NCBI GenBank assembly: GCA_034439575.1 | Contig: JAWXAQ010000035.1 | Location: forward strand, 130,742 to 194,741 | Direction: 5' to 3' | DNA from: Leptospira sp. | Lineage (GTDB): Bacteria > Spirochaetota > Leptospiria > Leptospirales > Leptospiraceae | Length of the DNA stretch: 64,000 nucleotides | Shown: piece by piece, positions 10,601 to 20,662 of the stretch | Layout: every line of letters starts with the position of its first letter | Numbering within the stretch: position 1 is the stretch's first letter | The notes under the pieces: model-generated | Told to the model about the DNA's origin: nothing | Seen by the model: the letters and a program-made list of their open reading frames with translations, nothing else | The model's database searches: none | Position numbers and translations under genes: made by a program

Positions 10601-10607
10601 GTGTTGA

Positions 10608-12695
10608 TTAGGGGGGCGCAGTTATTGAAATGATCGTATTAACAGAACCATTCGCATTGACCGCAGTGATTGTAAAATTCGTAGCAGTGAATGAAGTATT
10701 TGCTGTTCCAGTAATTTGACAGGTTGAGTTGTTTATTGAAAAACTCGCAGGTAAACTAGGGGATGAAGTACAACTCGTAAGTGGTGTGCCAGTTAAATTA
10801 ACAGACCATGCGGGTATCGGGTTTGCTCCAACTGAAAGTGTAAATGGAGAATCAGGATAACTTAATGTAGGTGGCGCATTTGAAGCAACAACAGTTATAT
10901 TTAAAATTGCTGTTGCATTTCCATATTGATTCGTTGCCGTAATTGTGTGATTCGTTGCTGTTTGAGTAACAGTCGGGGTTCCGCTTATAACACACGAGGA
11001 GTTGTTAATGTTCAATCCAGTTGGTAATGAAGGAGAGGCCGTGCAAGATGATAATGCATTACCAGATAGACTTGGACTTAAAGTCGATATCGAAGTATTT
11101 TGAGTGTAAGTGAATGGTGATCCAGTATAACTTAGACTAGGTGCTGTCCCCACAGTCATGTTTATGGAAGTGGTTCCAGTGCCAAATGCATTCGTTGCTG
11201 TAATTGTATGGTTTATGCCTGCTTGTGTTGAACTCGGAGTCCCACTAATATCACAACTTGTATTGTTTATACTCAAACCCGTAGGTAATGCGGGTGAAAT
11301 CGTACACGAAGATAAAGAATTTCCCGTAAGCGAAGCCGTAATGGTAGTAATCGCCGAATTTAAAGTGAATGTAAACGGAGAACCAGAATAAGAGACAGTT
11401 GGTGCACTACCGACTGTTATGTTAATTGATGTATTGCCACTACCAGCCCCGTTCGTTGCAGTAATCGTATGAGATGTAGCAACTTGCGTTGCCGTTGGAG
11501 TTCCAGAAATCGCACAAGTGGTGTTATTTAATGATAAACCACTCGGTAAAGCGGGAGAAGAAGTACAAGATGTCGGTGTATTGCCAGTCAAACTTGCCGA
11601 TATAGTCGTAATTGCGGAATTTTGTGTAAATGAAAAGGGTGATCCCACATAACTAATTGTTGGTGCAACAGTTGCCGCACTTACAGTAATGTTGATGATT
11701 GTTGTTCCGTTTCCAAATCCATTGGTCGCTGTGATAGTGTGGTTTGTAGCCACTTGTGTGCTAGTTGGTGTGCCACTAACAACACATGTAGTATTATTTA
11801 TGGATAGGCCCGTTGGCAAAGCCGGGGATGATGTACAAGACGTAGGTGTATTTCCTGTTAATGTCGGAGTTAAATTGGAGATAGAAGTATTTTGTGTGTA
11901 AGTAAATGGAGATCCAGAATAAGAAATTGTTGGTGCTACACCCGATGCAGAAACTGTAATGTTGATCGTGGTTTGACCTGAACCATACGAATTTGTTGCA
12001 GTAATCGTATGAGAGGTGGCAGTTTGAGTTCCTGTTGGAGTTCCGCTAATAACGCACGTTACATTGTTGATTGTTAAACCAGAAGGTAGACTTGGTGAGG
12101 CCGAGCAGGATGTTGGCGTATTTCCAGATAATGTCGGTGTTAAATTTGAAATCACTGCATTTTGATTGAAAGTATAAGGAGAGCCAGAATAGGAAATAGC
12201 GGGAGCAGAGCCAGAACTCACAGCTGTTATAGAAATTTGTGTAGAGCCTGAACCTATAGAATTGGAAGCAGTGATCGTGTATGATATACCACTTTGCACG
12301 GAAGATATAGATCCACTAATGACGCAATTTGATGAATTAATTGTTAAATTTAAAGGTAAAGATGGAGATACAACACAATTTGTGAATGGCGTTCCCGAAA
12401 GGGTTGGAGTCAAAGTTTGAGACGAACCAATCGTAAGAGTATAATTATTTGATGGGTATTGAATTACGGGGGATGAAGATGTGGAACTACTTGATGATGT
12501 ACTTGTGGAGGAAGTTGTATTTCCTGCGGGGAGAATTAAGAAAATCGGAAAGATTGAATTCAAAAAACTTCTTTGTTCGCAACTTGAAGTTACTGAGCAA
12601 GATTCTGGGCTAGCCAAACCAAAGATACATCCACTAAAATATAGGGGGAACAAGAAAAAAATAATTAGATTTGAAAATTTTCGCATAAATTTCAC
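10608..12695 (-). CDS. Ig-like repeat (He_PIG / putative Ig domain) surface lipoprotein
   Basis: Lipobox-like LYFSGC; Ser/Thr linker; seven ~88-aa repeats PxISY...C.SSP.LP.GL.IN...C.ISGTP...HTITATN. Confidence 0.85.
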   Translation of the reverse strand: MKFMRKFSNLIIFFLFPLYFSGCIFGLASPESCSVTSSCEQRSFLNSIFPIFLILPAGNTTSSTSTSSSSSTSSSPVIQYPSNNYTLTIGSSQTLTPTLSGTPFTNCVVSPSLPLNLTINSSNCVISGSISSVQSGISYTITASNSIGSGSTQISITAVSSGSAPAISYSGSPYTFNQNAVISNLTPTLSGNTPTSCSASPSLPSGLTINNVTCVISGTPTGTQTATSHTITATNSYGSGQTTINITVSASGVAPTISYSGSPFTYTQNTSISNLTPTLTGNTPTSCTSSPALPTGLSINNTTCVVSGTPTSTQVATNHTITATNGFGNGTTIINITVSAATVAPTISYVGSPFSFTQNSAITTISASLTGNTPTSCTSSPALPSGLSLNNTTCAISGTPTATQVATSHTITATNGAGSGNTSINITVGSAPTVSYSGSPFTFTLNSAITTITASLTGNSLSSCTISPALPTGLSINNTSCDISGTPSSTQAGINHTITATNAFGTGTTSINMTVGTAPSLSYTGSPFTYTQNTSISTLSPSLSGNALSSCTASPSLPTGLNINNSSCVISGTPTVTQTATNHTITATNQYGNATAILNITVVASNAPPTLSYPDSPFTLSVGANPIPAWSVNLTGTPLTSCTSSPSLPASFSINNSTCQITGTANTSFTATNFTITAVNANGSVNTIISITAPP
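10611..12470 (-). repeat. Seven intragenic tandem Ig-like domain repeats (~260-270 bp each); boundaries approximate
   Basis: Units begin PVIQY, PAISY, PTISY, PTISY, PTVSY, PSLSY, PTLSY; each has two conserved Cys. Confidence 0.85.
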
Positions 12696-12809
12696 ATAGA
12701 TGCAATTTAATGCAACTATTTGACAGTTTAATTAAAAGAATTCTAATATAGCAAATGAAAATTTAACGCGAATTCGGTTTTTTAAACATAACGCATATTG
12801 GGTTCAGCA

Positions 12810-13751
12810 TCATTGTTCCACACAAGCAAAGGAATGAAAAGAGGCACACCCATTTGCACCAGTACCAATTCTAAAATTGTTACTGCCAGCACTCGATCCC
12901 ATTGTACCAGTATCTCCTTCCCATGTACTACATAAGCCCGATGTTCCTATACGTTGAACCCAATTTCCTCCAGTGTCCGCACCAGACCATAAAATAACAC
13001 TAGCTCCGCTACTGATATCATTGTCCTGAGTCGTCCAAATCCCTTCACTGTTCGTAGTTGCTATTGTTACACTATCACTTGACCGAAAATAACGACGATT
13101 AGGTTGTAAAACCCAATCAGTGTGTTCTGCTATACCGGAAGTAAGACAAAGGTTAGATATACAAGGAGTCCGATTCACTCCATCCCAAAGAAGGGCTTTA
13201 AATACAGAAGCACCAGATGGTTTGTTCGCATCAGCTTTACATTTGGCATCAGCTCCAACAGGTTTGCCTAAATCTGCTGTGTATGTCGTTGCTGTAACAA
13301 ACATTCTACATTCTGTACAAAATGAAGTAGCGGAAACTTCATTCGATAAAGCACTCTCCTGATTCCCGTTAGTTGCTAACAATACATAATAGTATTTGGT
13401 ACCATTGGCGGAAGAATGATTATATGGTGAAGTGACATTTGAAATTAGAGTGCCTGAAGTTTTTGTGACATTGGGTGAAGTGGAATGATAAAGTGAATAC
13501 GAAGTCGCGCCCGCGACAGAAGTCCACGTGATGGTATTTTGTGTATTACCCGCAGAAACTGTGATCGATGGGGTAGGAATTGGGACTGAAATAGTTCTAC
13601 ATTGGCTCGATTGACCAGTTAAACATTCGATCAACTGTCTTTCGAAATAAGAATCGTCACCAGCATGATTTGGATTGTCCAATTTGTCTTGTTTGCAAGT
13701 TAAAATCAAAAGAAGGCAGATGATATAAATCGTAAAATTTATTTTTACCAT
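12810..13751 (-). CDS. Lipoprotein with fibronectin type III-like domain and DUF1554 (Len/endostatin-like) domain
   Basis: LILTC lipobox; ITWTSVAGATSYSLY...NGTKYYYV FN3 pattern; MFVT...GADAKC.AD and DWVLQPN DUF1554 pattern. Confidence 0.8.
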   Translation of the reverse strand: MVKINFTIYIICLLLILTCKQDKLDNPNHAGDDSYFERQLIECLTGQSSQCRTISVPIPTPSITVSAGNTQNTITWTSVAGATSYSLYHSTSPNVTKTSGTLISNVTSPYNHSSANGTKYYYVLLATNGNQESALSNEVSATSFCTECRMFVTATTYTADLGKPVGADAKCKADANKPSGASVFKALLWDGVNRTPCISNLCLTSGIAEHTDWVLQPNRRYFRSSDSVTIATTNSEGIWTTQDNDISSGASVILWSGADTGGNWVQRIGTSGLCSTWEGDTGTMGSSAGSNNFRIGTGANGCASFHSFACVEQ

Positions 13752-13845
13752 GATTGAAAGTATATACGAAACCTTTCTCTATACAATGCAAAAATTGATT
13801 TTTTTATAAAGATAAAATATTGAATTTTAAACTGAAGACTGTTCT

Positions 13846-14532
13846 TTATTTCATTATAAATTCAGCTATATCTCTTGCGTTTTTTTCTAAACTACCACGC
13901 ACTTTATTTTCTCTCAAAAATTTAGTAAATTCAGGAAGGTTCTCTTCAAATTCATCATTTGAGTATGAAGTGAACTCTTTAGATGTGATTGCCAAACCAT
14001 TTGCATCTTTGACTGTCAAACCTATCGTTGTAATCATAAAATAAGATTTCAATAAATAAACGATAATGATTTCTTCTATAACTTCCCAAACAAATACCGC
14101 CAAACCTATATCAGGTTTCCCGGTCGCTTCGCCGACGATTAGCCCGAAAACTAAACCCACAGACAAACCTTGGATAAATACTTTAGGACGAACTTCCCCC
14201 ATATCTAAAATTTTTGGTTCTAAAATTATATCAGCCTTATCCTTAGAAACAACAGGAATTCCATAAGACAATAATACTCTCTTCAATCGAATATCAAACC
14301 ACTCGGCATGGTTTTTGGTAATTTTTTGAATCAAAACATCTTTATTTTCATTAGTCACAGTTTGAGAACTTATCGATCGTAAAAAATAAATATCTATATC
14401 AACTAATGTAGGTTCAATATAAACTTTGGGTGGATTTTCTCTCGCATTAATGTAGGTTCTAAATTGACGATGGCAATGAATGAACGTTAATAGAATTAGG
14501 AGGGTTGATATAAATCGAATTCGCAATTGCAA
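13846..14532 (-). CDS. Hypothetical lipoprotein
   Basis: ORF track 13846-14589 overlaps queC; TTG at 14532 gives a signal peptide ending TFIHC. Confidence 0.6.
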   Translation of the reverse strand: MQLRIRFISTLLILLTFIHCHRQFRTYINARENPPKVYIEPTLVDIDIYFLRSISSQTVTNENKDVLIQKITKNHAEWFDIRLKRVLLSYGIPVVSKDKADIILEPKILDMGEVRPKVFIQGLSVGLVFGLIVGEATGKPDIGLAVFVWEVIEEIIIVYLLKSYFMITTIGLTVKDANGLAITSKEFTSYSNDEFEENLPEFTKFLRENKVRGSLEKNARDIAEFIMK

Positions 14533-14542
14533 GAATTTAAAT

Positions 14543-15268
14543 TTATCGTTTTTTAGATAATGCTGGATCAATAATTCCTGCTTCATCAAAACCTTTTGAT
14601 CTCAATAGACAGGAATCACATTTGCCACAAGGCCGTCCATTGATGGGATCATAACAAGAATGTGTTAGGTGAAATGGCGCATTTAATTCTTTTCCGAGTA
14701 AAATAATTTCTTTTTTATTCAAATGGAGTAATGGTGTTTTAATTTTTATTCCACTATCGCCCGTTAAACCTACTTTCGTTCCAAGACTCGCCATTTTTTG
14801 GTAAGCATCTATAAACTCAGGTCTACAATCTGGATAACCAGAATAATCCAAAGCATTCACACCTATATAAATAGAATCAAACTGGTGTCCTTCTGCTAGA
14901 GAAAGGGCAAAGGATAAAAATAAAATATTTCTACCGGGTACATAAGTATTTGGAATTTCAGATTCAGAGCCAATTTGTTCAGATTTAGCATTTTTTCTGA
15001 CTTTTAATTTTTTATCCGTCAGTGAACTTCCCAAAAAAAAATTTGGATCCAATTTTTGCACCAAATGAGGGATTCCTAATAGTTTAGAAATTTGCCTGCT
15101 TTTTTGAATTTCAATTTTATGTTTTTGAGAATAATTAAACGACAGTGCAAGAATAGGTAATTTTTTACTTTTTGGATATCCATAATCCTTCGCGGCCAAG
15201 TACAAACAAGTAGTAGAATCAAGTCCACCTGACAAAAGCACTACGGCACCTTTTGATTTATTTTCCAA
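14543..15268 (-). CDS. queC: 7-cyano-7-deazaguanine synthase
   Basis: VLLSGGLDS, TYVPGRN, YPDCRPEF, SCY...CGKCDSC; start trimmed to TTG 15268 to avoid the queD overlap. Confidence 0.95.
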   Translation of the reverse strand: MENKSKGAVVLLSGGLDSTTCLYLAAKDYGYPKSKKLPILALSFNYSQKHKIEIQKSRQISKLLGIPHLVQKLDPNFFLGSSLTDKKLKVRKNAKSEQIGSESEIPNTYVPGRNILFLSFALSLAEGHQFDSIYIGVNALDYSGYPDCRPEFIDAYQKMASLGTKVGLTGDSGIKIKTPLLHLNKKEIILLGKELNAPFHLTHSCYDPINGRPCGKCDSCLLRSKGFDEAGIIDPALSKKR

Positions 15269-15281
15269 TGTTTTTAATCGC

Positions 15282-15656
15282 TTATGATTTTGGCCCAGAG
15301 TAAACACAGGAACTTGAACAAGTTTCATAAACTGTGATTTTATCAAGAAGGGGTAACTTTGGTTTGATTTGATTCCAAAGCCAGACAGCCAGATTTTCAC
15401 TCGTGGGATTTTCAAGTCCCTTCACATCATTTAACACATAATGATCAAGATGTTTTTCTACAATTGGTTTTATGGCATTTTTTAATTCACTGAAATCCAT
15501 GACCCAACCTGTGTGTGGATGAATTTCACCTTTTAAGGTAACAGAAAATCGAAAGCTATGTCCGTGCATTCGTTTACACTTATGTCCTTCGGGTACATTG
15601 GGAAGGAAATGTGCGGCTTCAAATCCGAAAGTTTTTGATAACTCGATCTCTTCCAT
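15282..15656 (-). CDS. queD: 6-carboxy-5,6,7,8-tetrahydropterin synthase
   Basis: FEAAHFL, CKRMHGHS, LDHYVLN, NPTSEN, ET motifs; ATG 15656 just after the purF stop. Confidence 0.95.
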   Translation of the reverse strand: MEEIELSKTFGFEAAHFLPNVPEGHKCKRMHGHSFRFSVTLKGEIHPHTGWVMDFSELKNAIKPIVEKHLDHYVLNDVKGLENPTSENLAVWLWNQIKPKLPLLDKITVYETCSSSCVYSGPKS

Positions 15657-15658
15657 TT

Positions 15659-17086
15659 CTACTCTTCCGTAGAATATTCCGTAAACAATGACTTTTGATT
15701 GCCAGCATGATTTTGAAATTCCACAGGATAGTTTGCTGTAAAACAAGCATCACAGAACCCACCGCCTTTGTGACCTTCCACCGCCGCATTCATTTTCTCT
15801 AATGTTAGATATGCTAATGTATCTACTCTCAAATACTTTCGAATTTCTTCGATTGAGTGGGTAGCCGCAATGAGCTCACTATGCGTCGGAATATCAATTC
15901 CATAATAACAAGGGGAAACGGTCGGGGGAGCAGAAACTCTAAAATGAATCTCTTTAGCGCCCGCAGCTTTAATCATTTTAATGATCTTTCTACTAGTTGT
16001 TCCTCGCATAACAGAGTCATCGATGACAACCACTCTTTTACCATTTACAACTTCTTTCACTACATTGTATTTTACTTTGGCACCAAAATCTCTAATCTTT
16101 TGATCTGGTTCAATAAAAGTTCTGCCAACGTAATGTGAACGAATCAGTCCACTTTGGTATGGAATGCCCGATTCTTCTGAAAATCCAAGTGCGGCAATAT
16201 TTGCCGAATCTGGTACAGGAATCACTACGTCCGCTTCAACTGGCATAACACGAGCTAGCTGGCGACCGAGTGATTTTCGGACTTTATAAACAGATTCTTC
16301 AAAAATATAAGAATCGGGACGTGCAAAATAGATATATTCAAAAATACAAAGACTCGGTTTCGCTTTTGGAAAAGGAAACAAAGATCTTATTCCAGAATGA
16401 TCTATGACAATCATTTCTCCGGGTGCTACATCTCTTACATATTCAGTCTCAGTAATATCAAAAGCACATGTTTCAGATGCAAAAACAATAGATCCATCAG
16501 AACGTTTTCCCATAACCAAGGGTCTGAATCCATTCGGATCCCTAACAGCAATCAAATACCTTGGAGTCAATACTAACAAAGAATAGGCTCCGCGTACTTG
16601 GGCAAGGGATTCGCAAAGTGCTTCCAATAAATCTGTTTTGTGGCTCTTTGCCATCAAATGTACAATAACTTCTGAATCAATTGTGGTCTGAAAGATGGAA
16701 CCATCTCTTTCGAGTTTATTTCGAATGTCCCAGGAATTGACTAAATTTCCGTTATGTGCAAGTGCAATCGGTCCTAAGTGTGACTCGACTCTCACAGGTT
16801 GTGCATTTCTTAAAAAACTAGCACCTGTTGTAGAATACCGATTGTGTCCAATGGCAGAATCGCCGATAAGTTCCCGAATTTTTGGTTGGGTAAAAATATT
16901 TGCAACAAGACCCATATTCGCATAGCGGTAAAGATGAGTTCCATCCGTGGAAACAATGCCACTGGATTCTTGACCTCGGTGTTGCTGAGAATATAGTCCT
17001 AAGTAAGTAAAGTTGGCGGCCTCTTTACTGTTGTAGATGCCGAATATGGCACACTCTTCTTTTGGTTTGTCAGATTGAAGAATCAT
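15659..17086 (-). CDS. purF: Amidophosphoribosyltransferase (propeptide and Fe-S type)
   Basis: 11-aa propeptide then CAIFG; QHRGQES, GHNRYST, AHNGN, VVIDDSVMRGTT; Cys ligands LCIFE, PCYYG, CDAC. Confidence 0.97.
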   Translation of the reverse strand: MILQSDKPKEECAIFGIYNSKEAANFTYLGLYSQQHRGQESSGIVSTDGTHLYRYANMGLVANIFTQPKIRELIGDSAIGHNRYSTTGASFLRNAQPVRVESHLGPIALAHNGNLVNSWDIRNKLERDGSIFQTTIDSEVIVHLMAKSHKTDLLEALCESLAQVRGAYSLLVLTPRYLIAVRDPNGFRPLVMGKRSDGSIVFASETCAFDITETEYVRDVAPGEMIVIDHSGIRSLFPFPKAKPSLCIFEYIYFARPDSYIFEESVYKVRKSLGRQLARVMPVEADVVIPVPDSANIAALGFSEESGIPYQSGLIRSHYVGRTFIEPDQKIRDFGAKVKYNVVKEVVNGKRVVVIDDSVMRGTTSRKIIKMIKAAGAKEIHFRVSAPPTVSPCYYGIDIPTHSELIAATHSIEEIRKYLRVDTLAYLTLEKMNAAVEGHKGGGFCDACFTANYPVEFQNHAGNQKSLFTEYSTEE

Positions 17087-17127
17087 TGGCAGAATGACAA
17101 TTGCAGTATTTCTTGAATCACCATTAG

Positions 17128-18345
17128 ATGCAAATCAATTCCAACTATATTCTCGTAGATACACCGAAAGCACTCGAACTTGCTTTAATTAACCTACGAC
17201 AGTCCAAAATCCTATCCATTGACACAGAATCTTCTGGTTATTATACATATTATCCACGAGTCTGCCTCATTCAGATCAATTCCAATGGCAAAAATTATCT
17301 AATCGACCCACTGAAAATTTCCGATTTGAAGTCTTTACATCCACTTTTTATCGATGAAAAGATTCTAAAAATTTTTCATTCGGCACAGGATGATATTAGG
17401 GCTCTAAAACGAGATTTTGCCTTTGAATTCAAAAACGTAGCAGATACTATGATTAGTTCTCGATTACTTTCCATGGAACAAAGCTCTCTCTCTTTTGTTG
17501 TGGAATACTTTCATAAAGTCGCACTTTCCAAAGTAGAACAAAAGTCAAATTGGGAGATCCGACCGCTTCAAAAACAACAGCTTCGTTATGCGGCACTTGA
17601 TACTGCTTACTTAGAGTCTATTTGGATCAAAATGGAAGAAGACCTCCGCAAACGAAATCTATACGACGAAGCAAAATCCGAATTCGAATTTACAGCATCA
17701 GAAGCCTATGTAGCCAAAGATGGGGAAGGATTTTCCTTAGCCAAGTTCCCAGACATTGTCAATTTCACACCACTCGAAAGAAGAAAAATTTTAGAACTCC
17801 TTCGTTACCGAGATGAAAAAGCAAAGCGAGTCAACAAAGCTAGTTTTAGAGTTTTTGGAAATGATAAACTTTCCCAAGCCGTCAAAGAACAACCAAATGA
17901 AGAAAGATGTATCGAATGGTTTGGTAAAAAAGACGGAGCCGAAATTTATAAATTACTTATCAGCGAATACAATGATCCGATCGAAGCATCTGAACTTTCC
18001 AAACGACATGGGGAAGACTTAAATGAAGAGGAAGATAAAAAATTCCAATTAGCGAAAAAATGGCGCCTTCGCATTATGCGCATTCGACGAATGGAACATT
18101 CCCTTTTACCATCCAATAAACAATTAATTGTGATTCTAAAGGCAAATCCTCAAAATCTCGACGAACTTAGATCTTTAAAGGTTTTTTCAGATTGGAAAGT
18201 AGACAATTATGGACCTTCCCTCATTGCCGCTTTATCTGGACTGAATTATGATTCTATGATCAACCGATTATCGCCCGTTAGATCAAAAGAAGCCTTTATC
18301 GCCAAACGAAGAAAATCACAAAATCATTCTTCCAAAGAAGGATGA
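17128..18345 (+). CDS. rnd: Ribonuclease D (DEDDy 3'-5' exonuclease with HRDC domains)
   Basis: SIDTE, CLIQI, KIFHSAQDD, SNWEIRPL, YAALD motifs. Confidence 0.9.
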   Translation: MQINSNYILVDTPKALELALINLRQSKILSIDTESSGYYTYYPRVCLIQINSNGKNYLIDPLKISDLKSLHPLFIDEKILKIFHSAQDDIRALKRDFAFEFKNVADTMISSRLLSMEQSSLSFVVEYFHKVALSKVEQKSNWEIRPLQKQQLRYAALDTAYLESIWIKMEEDLRKRNLYDEAKSEFEFTASEAYVAKDGEGFSLAKFPDIVNFTPLERRKILELLRYRDEKAKRVNKASFRVFGNDKLSQAVKEQPNEERCIEWFGKKDGAEIYKLLISEYNDPIEASELSKRHGEDLNEEEDKKFQLAKKWRLRIMRIRRMEHSLLPSNKQLIVILKANPQNLDELRSLKVFSDWKVDNYGPSLIAALSGLNYDSMINRLSPVRSKEAFIAKRRKSQNHSSKEG

Positions 18346-18971
18346 ATCTAAATTTATCTCAAATTAAAAACGAACTATCTCAAGTTTGGCAAGAACTGCC
18401 AAACACAAAAGAAAAAATATCATCCGTCATAGTTCCTGTTTTTGAATCGGACACTCTTGGCCAAGGACTTATCCTTACGCAAAGATCAAAACATCTAAAA
18501 TCACATCCCGGACAAATTTCGTTCCCTGGCGGTGTTGTGGATCCAGAAGATAGCGATTTATTGCAATGTGCCCTCAGGGAATGGGAGGAGGAAATGGGAG
18601 TGACGAGAGATCATATAGAAGTGCTCGGAAAACATACAGGACTGCAAACTCGCACAGGATTTCATATCACTCCATTTTTAGGCAAATATACAGGGGATTT
18701 TATCTTTTCACATAACAAAGACGAGGTGGAAAAAATAATCATACTTCCATTAAACGAGTTAATCCATGCTCCTTTTTATAAGATAAATATCCCAAATCAA
18801 AAAATTTTGAATACGGCATATTATTTTGATTTGAAAGAAGGATTACTTTGGGGTGCCACTTGCGAAATCATACTAAGTTTTCTAAAAGATTATGCCTCAT
18901 TTGAACGTATTCCCCAAATCGTAAAGCCCAACCTCAATTTCCCTCCTTTCTTGAATCCGAAACTACTCTAA
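18342..18971 (+). CDS. Nudix hydrolase, CoA pyrophosphatase (NudL-like)
   Basis: LTQRSKHLKSHPGQISFPGG, ALREWEEEMG, WGAT. Confidence 0.9.
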   Translation: MNLNLSQIKNELSQVWQELPNTKEKISSVIVPVFESDTLGQGLILTQRSKHLKSHPGQISFPGGVVDPEDSDLLQCALREWEEEMGVTRDHIEVLGKHTGLQTRTGFHITPFLGKYTGDFIFSHNKDEVEKIIILPLNELIHAPFYKINIPNQKILNTAYYFDLKEGLLWGATCEIILSFLKDYASFERIPQIVKPNLNFPPFLNPKLL

Positions 18972-19024
18972 GGTATTTTAATTTTTGCACCGAAGTTTAA
19001 AGGGTGAACTCCCTTCACAAATTT

Positions 19025-20047
19025 ATGCGAAAATTATCTTTTTCTCTGCTTTTATTTTTTTATATTTTCCCTATTCAATCAAATCCACAAGCACCTAACA
19101 GACGATTTGTTTTTATTTTGGATGCCAGTGGTTCCATGGCAGAAAAAATTGATGGTGTTTCCAGAATGGCCATCGCCAAAGATCAATTAATGAATTTTTT
19201 AAGCAAACTTCCAAATGATTCAGAAGTTGGTCTTGTTGCCTATGGTAATCGAATCGCAGGATGTAACTCTGCAAGACTTTACCAACCCATACAACGCGGT
19301 GGTTCCTTTTCTGCGATGACAAAGCTTGCTAGTATTATTCCCTCCGGGTCTACACCAATTGCACAAACCTTAGATCTCGTTGGCGAATATATCCTTTCCG
19401 ATCAAAGAGAAACAGATATCATTTTTATTTCAGATGGAGTGGAAAGTTGTGAAGGGGATCCTGTTTTATCTCTTTCCAGAATGAAAGCACGTGGGAAAAA
19501 ATTTAATCTGCATATACTCGGCATTGATTTAGATGCCAAAGCAGAAGAAGACCTAACTTCTCTTTCACGAACAGGGAATGGCAAATACTTTAAAGTCAAT
19601 AAAAGAGAGGATATGGAACTGGCACTTCTTTCGCTTGGTAACATTCCAAATCCTATCATTACTGAAAACACACTTAAAGCAGAACCATTTATCAGAATTA
19701 TAAGTATTTTGCCTTACTCCAATCACAAAGAGGACGAATCGTATATTATTCATTATGAATATGAGGGATTGGCAAATTCAAAAAACCAATTGGTCCAATT
19801 GAATCTTTATCCTAGAGAAAAAAACCAAACTACCCGTGAACTCCCACCCCTTCGTGATCGCAGAATTGGCGATATTTCCCAAACGGAAATTCAATTCCAA
19901 AGTCAATGGCGAGGGAAAGGCAAACTGATCATCAAATTAACAGGTGAAAAGGAATCCGAAACTTCATTAGAGTTATGGAGTTTGGAAAACATTCCCAAAA
20001 TCATTGCCAAATCCGACATAAAACTTCTTCAGAATTTTTCCCCATAA
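19025..20047 (+). CDS. von Willebrand factor A domain protein, exported
   Basis: MIDAS DASGS, GSTPI, ISDGVESC; signal peptide. Confidence 0.85.
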   Translation: MRKLSFSLLLFFYIFPIQSNPQAPNRRFVFILDASGSMAEKIDGVSRMAIAKDQLMNFLSKLPNDSEVGLVAYGNRIAGCNSARLYQPIQRGGSFSAMTKLASIIPSGSTPIAQTLDLVGEYILSDQRETDIIFISDGVESCEGDPVLSLSRMKARGKKFNLHILGIDLDAKAEEDLTSLSRTGNGKYFKVNKREDMELALLSLGNIPNPIITENTLKAEPFIRIISILPYSNHKEDESYIIHYEYEGLANSKNQLVQLNLYPREKNQTTRELPPLRDRRIGDISQTEIQFQSQWRGKGKLIIKLTGEKESETSLELWSLENIPKIIAKSDIKLLQNFSP

Positions 20048-20063
20048 TGTCGACATATGTCTT

Positions 20064-20579
20064 ATGAGATTCGTTTTATTTTGCCTACTTTTTGTATTAT
20101 ATTCATTCGCAACGGTTTCGATCCAGATTCATGCAGAGAGTGGGAAAAAAATAACTGAAGTATACAAAGCTGAAGAAATCAAACAAGGTGAACTTTTGTA
20201 TAAAAAAGCTTCCGAATTTTATACAGACAGAAATTATTCCAAAGCGATCGAAGAAACGAAACTATTTTTAATCCTCTTTTTACGACATCCGAAAGAATGG
20301 GATGCTAGAAAATTACTATCCCAATGTTACCAAAAGACTGGTGATACCCTTGCATTGGCAGAAAATGAGCTACAAATGTACAAAGATTACCCGAATACCG
20401 AGGAAGGTTTGGATGCGTATCTGGAATCCGCAAGGGCAATGATACGGATGGGTAGAGAAAATAAAGCAATTTCAATTTTAAAAGATATAACTCAGAATAC
20501 GTATTCTTCAAAAATAGCGCAAGAAGCCGAATTGGAACTTGGACAGCTCGAAATTTTAAATATGAGTAAAAATAAGTAA
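20064..20579 (+). CDS. Exported TPR protein (BamD/CpoB-like repeats)
   Basis: Signal peptide; TPR-like helices with YPNT pattern. Confidence 0.65.
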   Translation: MRFVLFCLLFVLYSFATVSIQIHAESGKKITEVYKAEEIKQGELLYKKASEFYTDRNYSKAIEETKLFLILFLRHPKEWDARKLLSQCYQKTGDTLALAENELQMYKDYPNTEEGLDAYLESARAMIRMGRENKAISILKDITQNTYSSKIAQEAELELGQLEILNMSKNK

Positions 20580-20662
20580 TTTTTAGGAAAATATTGCCTC
20601 TATGATCTCCGATAATAAAGTAGTCACGTTCACAGAGAGAAAGGACCTAGAGTAATTTAACG

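Noticed and set aside
11158-12699. Plus-strand ORFs inside the Ig-repeat gene
   Set aside because: Antisense shadows of a Ser/Thr-rich repetitive coding strand
15269-15746. Long overlaps between purF, queD and queC in the ORF track
   Set aside because: Artefact of choosing the most upstream start; downstream starts at 15656 and 15268 remove the overlaps
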